Source: an uncultured Chloroflexia bacterium
GTDB taxonomy: Bacteria > Chloroflexota > Limnocylindria > Limnocylindrales > CSP1-4
Direction: 5' to 3'
Length of the DNA: 64,000 bases
NCBI GenBank assembly: GCA_963749705.1
Contig: CAVVNQ010000015.1
Span: 384,001 to 448,000 of the forward strand
The notes below the pieces were generated by a model. It ran no database searches. It saw only the letters and a list, made by a program, of their open reading frames with translations, and was not told the origin of the DNA. Of the stretch, positions 57,789 through 64,000 are shown piece after piece. Position 1 is the stretch's first letter. Each line of letters begins with the position of its first letter. Both the position numbers and the translations under genes were made by a program.

Positions 57789-58160
57789 ATGGCCGACGCG
57801 GAAAAGCTCGTGTTCATGGTGACGCACGGGCCGGACCATCCGGAGCACGCGACGATCCCGTTCGTGATGGCGGGGGCCGCGCTGGCGTCCGACGTCGCCG
57901 TCGTGCTCGGGTTCCAGGCCAACGGCGTCGAGCTCGTCAGGCGCGGCGTCGCGGAAACGGTCGCGGCCGACGGGTTCCCGCCGCTGGCCAAGCTCCTCGA
58001 CGACGTCCGGGAGCTGGGTGCGCAGCTGCTCGTCTGTGGCCCCTGCATCAACAGCCGCGGCATCGTCGCGCCGGACGACCTGGTCGCCGGTGCCGAGGTC
58101 GTGGCCGCCGGCCGCTTCGTGGCCGAGATCACGTCCGCTACCAACAGCCTCGTCTACTAG
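57789..58160 (+). CDS. DsrE-family protein
   Basis: THGPDHPEHATIPF, GFPPLAKL, VCGPCINSR. Confidence 0.85.
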   Translation: MADAEKLVFMVTHGPDHPEHATIPFVMAGAALASDVAVVLGFQANGVELVRRGVAETVAADGFPPLAKLLDDVRELGAQLLVCGPCINSRGIVAPDDLVAGAEVVAAGRFVAEITSATNSLVY

Positions 58161-58174
58161 GAGATCGAATTCCG

Positions 58175-58435
58175 ATGACTGCAACGCTTACCGAACTCGA
58201 AGGCATCACCGCCGCCAAGGTCATCGACGCCCGTGGCGCCGCCTGCCCCGGCCCGCTGCTCGAAGCCAAGAAGGGGATGGGCACCGTTCCCGTCGGGTCC
58301 GTGATCGAGATCCTGTCCACCGATCCGGTCACCAAGACCGACATCGGCGCCTGGTCGGCCAAGGTCGGCCATGACTTCCTCGGCACCCTCACGGCCGATG
58401 GCTACGACCGCGTGTTCGTCATTCGCCGCAAGTAG
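58175..58435 (+). CDS. tusA: TusA/SirA sulfurtransferase
   Basis: IDARGAACPGPLL, STDP..K.DI..W. Confidence 0.9.
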   Translation: MTATLTELEGITAAKVIDARGAACPGPLLEAKKGMGTVPVGSVIEILSTDPVTKTDIGAWSAKVGHDFLGTLTADGYDRVFVIRRK

Positions 58436-58505
58436 CCAGCCCGATGGTCCCGCGGGCGTTCACCACGCCCGCGGTCGACCCGATCGATCCAGGAGTCAGC
58501 GTCTG

Positions 58506-58946
58506 ATGACAGCCCCCGTCGAGACCGAGCCGCGAGCCTCCGGAGACACCTTCGTCCCCAGGATCCTCGTGTTCTCCACGAACAACATCTCCGACCCGGG
58601 GATCGACCTGGCCGGCAGCTCGCACATGCACTACTCGCCGGGCGTCGACGTCATCGGCCTGCCGTGCACGAGCGGGATCCGTCCGTCGTGGATCCTGCAC
58701 GCGCTGCAGACCGGGTTCGACGGCGTGTTCGTCGCGTCCGACGGCGACGAATGCGCCTACCTGCCCGACTGCGCCGAGCGCTCGTCTCGGATCATGAGCG
58801 AGTCGCAGGCGACTGCGTGAGCTCGGGATCGATCCCAGCGGCTGCGGATGGCAGCCATCTGCTCGGTCTGCGCCGAGCCATTCACACGGCACGTCCAGGG
58901 GTTCTCGACGGCCCTGGTGGCGCTCGGACCGGCGGTGGCGAGGTGA
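58506..58946 (+). CDS. mvhD: MvhD/FlpD-like hydrogenase delta (2Fe-2S) subunit, interrupted by TGA at 58818
   Basis: PRILVF, DLAG, LPCTSGI, GFDGVFV, ECAY, RLRMAAICSVCAEPF; LRELGIDP lies in an alternative frame. Confidence 0.75.
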
Positions 58947-58951
58947 CTGCG

Positions 58952-61725
58952 ATGACCCAGACGACCCAGGCCTGCGCCGCTCCGGGACCGACGAGGAGCG
59001 CTACGACGTCCTCGTCGTGGGCAGTGGCATCGGCGGCATGGAGTCTGCCCTCAAGCTCGGCGACATGGGCTACAAGGTCCTGCTGGTCGAGAAGGAGGCC
59101 AGCGTGGGCGGGAAGATGATCCTGCTCAGCAAGGTGTTCCCGACCCTCGACTGCGCGAGCTGCATCTCGACGCCCAAGATGGCGGCGACGATCCATCACC
59201 CGAACATCACCGCCATGACCTACAGCCGGGTGGACGGGATCCGGCGGTCGGCCGACGGCCGGTTCCACGCCTCGGTCACCCAGAAGGCGCGCTACGTCGA
59301 CGAGGCGACCTGCACCGGCTGCGCGAAGTGCGAGACCGCGTGCACGGTCGCCGTGCCCGACCAGTTCAACGCCGACCTCGTGGCCCGCCGGGCCGCCTAC
59401 ATCGCGTTCCCGCAGGCGGTGCCCAAGAAGGCCGTCATCGACCGCGCCGGCAGCTCGCCGTGCTCGTTCGCCTGCCCGGCCGGGATCCAGGCGCACGGCT
59501 ACGTGTCGCTGATCCGGAGCGGCGAGTACGAGAAGGCGTATCGCCTGGTGCTCGACGCGACGCCGCTCGTGGGCACGCTCGGGCGGGCGTGCTACGCGCC
59601 GTGCGAATCGGAATGCACCCGCGGCTCGCTCGAGGGCACGCTGCCGATCCGGCGGCTCAAGCGCTTCGTGTCCGACGCGCACGATGCCACGGGCGATGGC
59701 CCCGGGATCGAGGTCGCGCCGCCCAATGGTCGCAGGGTCGCCATCGTGGGCTCCGGCCCCGCCGGGCTGACCGCGGCCTGGCAGCTCGCCCGCAAGGGAT
59801 ACGGCGTGAAGATCTTCGAGGCGGCCCCCGAGCCCGGCGGCTACCTCCGGCTCGCCATCCCGTCGTACCGCCTGCCCGAGGCGGTCGTGGAGCGCGACAT
59901 CGACAACGTGCGAGCGATCGGGGTCGAGATCGCGACGAGCTCGCCCGTCCGCGACCTCGAGGGCCTCAAGACTGACGGGTTCGATGCGGTCCTCGTCGCG
60001 ACCGGCACCAACCGCTCCACGAGCCTGGGTGTGCCGGGCGAGGACCGCCTCGGGGTGCTGGGTGGAACCGACTTCCTGCGCAAGGTCAAGCTCGACGAGC
60101 CGCTGGACGTCGCCGGCCGCCGCGTGGTCGTCGTCGGCGGCGGCAACGTCGCCATGGACGTCGCGCGAACCGCGCGCCGCCTCGGCGCCGCGTCCGTGAC
60201 CGTCGCCTACCGGCGTGGCCGGGACGAGATGCCCGCCCACCACGTCGAGGCCGACGACGCCGAGAAGGAAGGCGCCGTGTTCAGCCTCCAGGTCACCCCG
60301 GCCGAGGTCCTGGGTGACGAGAACGGCGCCGTCAGCGGACTGCGCTGCACCCGGATGGCGCTCGGCGCGCCCGATGCCTCCGGTCGCCGAAGCCCCGAGC
60401 CCATCCCGGGCAGCGAGTTCACGCTGCCGTGCGAGATCATCGTGAGCGCGATCGGGATGAAGGCCGACACCAGCGCCTTCGCCGGTGGGCTCGCCACGAG
60501 CCCGCGCGGCCTCCTGGTCGCCGACCCGGCGACCTGCCAGACCGCGACGCCCTTCATCTTCGCCGCCGGCGACGTCGTCCACGGGCCGACCGACATCACG
60601 CGCGCCGTCGGCGAGGGCCGCCGGGCGGCGCACATGATCGACCGCTGGCTCACCGGCGGCATGCTCGACGGCTTCGACGACCGGCTGCCGGTGGTCGACA
60701 AGGAGCAGGTGCTGGCGCGCCAGAAGACCTACTCGCTGCGACGCCCCGCGTCCGAGGGCACCACCCTGGTGGCGGCGCCAACCGATTTCCGCGAGGTGGA
60801 GGCGCCGCTCAGCGAGGCGGAGGCCCGCGAATCCGCCGGGCGCTGCCTGGACTGCGCCGTGTGCTCGGAGTGCTCCGAGTGCGTGGCCGCGTGCCCGGTC
60901 GACGGCTGCATCGACCTCCACGCTCGCGACAAGCAGCACGATGTCGAGGTCGGCGCGGTCGTCGTGTCGACCGGCTTCAAGCTGTTCGCCGCGGACCTCA
61001 AGCCGGAGTACGGCTTCGGCCGGTTCAAGAACGTGATCACCGGGATGCAGATGGACCGCCTGCTGGCGCCCACCCGGCCGTTCAACACGATCCTGCGCCC
61101 GGGTGACGGCAAGGTGCCGGACCGGATCGCCTACATCCTGTGCACCGGGTCGCGCGACGAGACGGTGGGCAACCCGCTGTGCTCGCGCTTCTGCTGCATG
61201 TACTCGATCAAGCAGAACCAGCTGCTCATGGGCGCCCTGCCGCTGGCCGACGTGACTGTCCACTACATGGACATCCGGGCGCCTGGCAAGCGCTACGACG
61301 AGTTCTACGAGCAGGCGAAATCGATGGGCGCCAACTACGTCAAAGGCCGCGTCGCCGACGTCCGGGAGCTGCCCAACGGCGACCTCGTGCTCAAGTACGA
61401 GGACATCGAGAACGGGGGCGGCATCGTCGAGGCCGAGTACGACCTGGTCGTGCTGGCCGTGGGCGTGCAGCCCAACCGCGATGCGGAGCAGCTGTTCGAG
61501 GTCGAGGAGCTGTCGCTCGACGAATGGAACTACGTGGACGAGCCCGAGGAGGACCTGAACCCCGGCCAGACGAGCATCCCGGGGGTCTACGTGGCGGGCG
61601 CCGCGTCGGGCGCCAAGGACATCGCCGACTCGATCCTCCACGCCGGCGCCGCGGTCGCCCAGGTGGCCGCCCACCTCGAGGCCACCAGGGTCGAGACCCT
61701 GGAGATCGAGATGGTGCCGGCATGA
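58952..61725 (+). CDS. HdrA-like flavoprotein with inserted GltD-like NAD(P)H oxidoreductase module (frameshift near 58971)
   Basis: VVGSGIGG, KVFPTLDCASC, CTGCAKC, CPAG..GRACYAPCE..C, GSGPAG, GGGNVAMD, AAGD, CTGSRD, CSRFCC. Confidence 0.88.
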
Positions 61726-63524
61726 ACCACGAGGACCTGCGCTCAACGGCCGCTCAACCGAGTCCGGCCCAGGGCGACAACGCCGACATGGACGGCCCCA
61801 CGGGGCGCCGCATCGGGGTCTACGTCTGCCACTGTGGCGGCAACATCTCCGACTACGTCGATGTCGAGAAGGTCATCGCGGACATCAGCGATGCCGGCGA
61901 TGTCGTGGTTGCCAAGCACGAGATGTTCGCCTGCTCCGACGCCACCCAGAGCGACATGGTCGCCGACATCGAGGGCAACGCGCTCGACGGCCTGGTCGTC
62001 GCGTCCTGCTCGCCCAAGCTCCACACCTACACGTTCCGCGGCGTCGCCTCGCGTGCCGGGCTCAACCCCTACGAGTACACCCAGGTCAACATCCGGGAGC
62101 AGTGCTCGTGGGTCCACACCGACGACCCGGCGGGTGCCACCGAGAAGGCGACCGCGCTGGTTCGCGCCGGGATCTCCCGGACGCGGAACACGGTGCCGCT
62201 CGTGCCGCTCGTGGTCGACACCATTCCCCACACGCTCGTCATCGGCGGCGGCATCGCGGGCCTGCGCACCGCGGTCGGCCTCGCCGACATCGGCCTCAAG
62301 GTCACGCTGGTCGAGCGCGAGGACGTGCTCGGTGGCTGGGTCGGCCGGTTCGGCCCGATGTTCCCCCACGATCGCGACGGTCGCGAGCTGGTGGCCACGC
62401 TGGTCGCCGAGATCCGCAAGCGGCCGTCGATCACCGTCCTCACCGGCGCGGAGATGGTCGGCAAGGCCGGCAGCTTCGGCAACTACGAGGCGACCATCCG
62501 GATCGGTGGCGAGGGCGCCGGCACGATCCAGGTCGCCGTCGGATCGATCGTCGTCGCCACCGGCTTCGACAGCTATCAGCCCGAGGCAGGGGAGCTCGGC
62601 TACGGGATCGAGGGCGTCGTCACGTTGCCCGAGTTCAAGGAGCTCGTCGACGGATCGAGCGGCCCGCTGGCGTGGCACGGGCGACCCGTCCGCAGCGTCG
62701 CCTACGTGTACTGCGTGGGCAGCCGCGGGACCGCCGGGTGCGCCAACGCCTACTGCTCGCGGTTCTGCTGCGCGGCAACCGTCCAGACCGCGGTCCAGGT
62801 CTCCGGGCTCGATCCGGCGATCCGCCAGTACCACCTCTACCGGGACATGCGGACGTACGGCAAGTTCGAGCCGCTGTACACCGAGGCGCGCAAGGCCGGG
62901 TCCGTGTTCCTCAAGTTCGGCGATGACGCTCCGCCGGCCGTCGAGCGGCGCGAGGATGGCGGCCTCACGGTCACCGTCACCGACCTGCTGACCGAGCGCA
63001 CGGAGCTCGCGCTGCCCGTCGACCTTGTCGTGCTCGTCACGGGCATGGTCCCACGCGACAATCACGACCTGGTGGACGTGCTCAAGCTGCCCGCCGGCAC
63101 CGATGGCTTCTTCAACGAGATCCACCCCAAGCTCCGCCCCGTGGAGACCGTCGTGGACGGGGTCCTGATCGCGGGTGCGTGCCAGGGTCCCAAGACCTCG
63201 TCGGAGTCCGTGGCCTCGGGCCTGGCGGCCGTGACCCAGAGCGCCGCGGTGCTCAAGAAGGGGTTCACGGAGCTCGACCCGCTGGTCGCGATCGTGGATC
63301 CGGACACCTGCACGGCGTGCGGCGATTGCCTGACCGCCTGCCCGTACGACGCGATCTCGATGGCCGAGGAGGGTGACCGGCACTTCGCCGTGATCAGCCC
63401 CACCGGCTGCAAGGGATGCGGAGGCTGCGTCCCGATGTGTCCTGAGAATGCCATCGACCTGCTCGGCTATACCGACGCCCAGGTCACCGCGATGATCGAG
63501 AGCCTGGTGGAGGTACCGGCATGA
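61722..63524 (+). CDS. Second HdrA-like subunit (N-terminal Cys domain, FAD domain, C-terminal ferredoxin)
   Basis: IGVYVCHCGGNI, ASCSPKLH, NIREQCSWVH, GGGIAG, CVGSR, CSRFCC, GACQGPK, CTACGDC, CKGCGGC. Confidence 0.9.
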   Translation: MNHEDLRSTAAQPSPAQGDNADMDGPTGRRIGVYVCHCGGNISDYVDVEKVIADISDAGDVVVAKHEMFACSDATQSDMVADIEGNALDGLVVASCSPKLHTYTFRGVASRAGLNPYEYTQVNIREQCSWVHTDDPAGATEKATALVRAGISRTRNTVPLVPLVVDTIPHTLVIGGGIAGLRTAVGLADIGLKVTLVEREDVLGGWVGRFGPMFPHDRDGRELVATLVAEIRKRPSITVLTGAEMVGKAGSFGNYEATIRIGGEGAGTIQVAVGSIVVATGFDSYQPEAGELGYGIEGVVTLPEFKELVDGSSGPLAWHGRPVRSVAYVYCVGSRGTAGCANAYCSRFCCAATVQTAVQVSGLDPAIRQYHLYRDMRTYGKFEPLYTEARKAGSVFLKFGDDAPPAVERREDGGLTVTVTDLLTERTELALPVDLVVLVTGMVPRDNHDLVDVLKLPAGTDGFFNEIHPKLRPVETVVDGVLIAGACQGPKTSSESVASGLAAVTQSAAVLKKGFTELDPLVAIVDPDTCTACGDCLTACPYDAISMAEEGDRHFAVISPTGCKGCGGCVPMCPENAIDLLGYTDAQVTAMIESLVEVPA

Positions 63525-63769
63525 CGAACCCGAACGGCAGGGAGGTTCGCGAGGTCGTTCGCGACGAACCGGTGATGCGGGGTCGGATCCTCGCCGCGCT
63601 CCACGACGGCCCGCTGACCGTGCCCGAGATCGCCGCCGCGATCGACGCACCCACGCACGAGGTGGTGTTCTGGGTCATGGGCATGCGCCGCTACGGCTGG
63701 CTGGCCGAGATCAAGGCCACGCCCGTGGACGGCTACTTCCAGTACGAGCCCACCGGGCGGGTGTCCTGA
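63521..63769 (+). CDS. Small winged-helix protein
   Basis: ILAALHDGPLTVPEIAAAI...MGMRRYG; translationally coupled on both sides. Confidence 0.7.
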   Translation: MTNPNGREVREVVRDEPVMRGRILAALHDGPLTVPEIAAAIDAPTHEVVFWVMGMRRYGWLAEIKATPVDGYFQYEPTGRVS

Positions 63770-64000
63770 TGACCGCCATCGCAGAGCCGGTCGCCACCGC
63801 AGCCACCCGAGTGGACACCGGGCTCTACCCGGACCTCCAGCGCTTCGGCGCGACGGACATCAGCGCCTGCTTCAGCTGCGGGACCTGCACGGCGATCTGC
63901 CCCCTGTCGAAGACGGATTCGGCGTTCCCGCGCCGGATCATCCGCTACGCGCAGGTCGGCATGAAGGACGCGCTCCTGTCGAGCAAGGAGCTGTGGAGCT
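63769..64000 (+). CDS. HdrC/QmoC-like 4Fe-4S protein (3' truncated by window edge)
   Basis: ACFSCGTCTAICPLS, FPRRIIRYAQVG, ELWS. Confidence 0.85.
   Translation, partial: MTAIAEPVATAATRVDTGLYPDLQRFGATDISACFSCGTCTAICPLSKTDSAFPRRIIRYAQVGMKDALLSSKELWS

Noticed and set aside
58818-58820. Selenocysteine codon in mvhD
   Set aside because: The position is not a conserved Cys site, and the expected LRELGIDP is encoded in another frame, which points to compensating indels.
58882-63650. Long antisense and alternative-frame ORFs here and throughout the window (e.g. 188-2128, 17212-19605, 27912-30029, 50787-53237)
   Set aside because: Arg/Pro/Gly-rich shadow ORFs expected at high GC opposite well-supported genes; no domain motifs.

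Overview
High-GC bacterial chromosomal window. Gene content and style suggest Chloroflexota, possibly Limnocylindria/Ellin6529-like; this is an inference. Left to right: rseP-ispG; the nusA-ylxR-infB-rbfA-nrnA-truB-ribF' operon (no rimP); a ~13 kb accessory block between ribF and rpsO (xylose isomerase pathway, sugar ABC transporter, ROK regulator, vanadium haloperoxidase-like + CRTAC1/ASPIC pair); rpsO-pnp; an ECF sigma with a partner gene; asd-udg-rnj-ftsK-rodZ-cinA-murC-yajQ; mixed accessory genes; an arsR-arsP-thioredoxin unit; and a divergent arsR-dsrE-dsrE-tusA-mvhD-hdrA-hdrA-wHTH-hdrC sulfur-relay/heterodisulfide-reductase-like operon that runs off the right end. The most striking observation is a PNPase with an intact DEDDh 3'-5' exonuclease domain inserted between its two RNase PH domains. 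No rRNA, tRNA, CRISPR array or transposase was recognised. Several apparent single-base frameshifts in the right half look like long-read indel errors. All calls come from motif reading by eye; no database searches were run.
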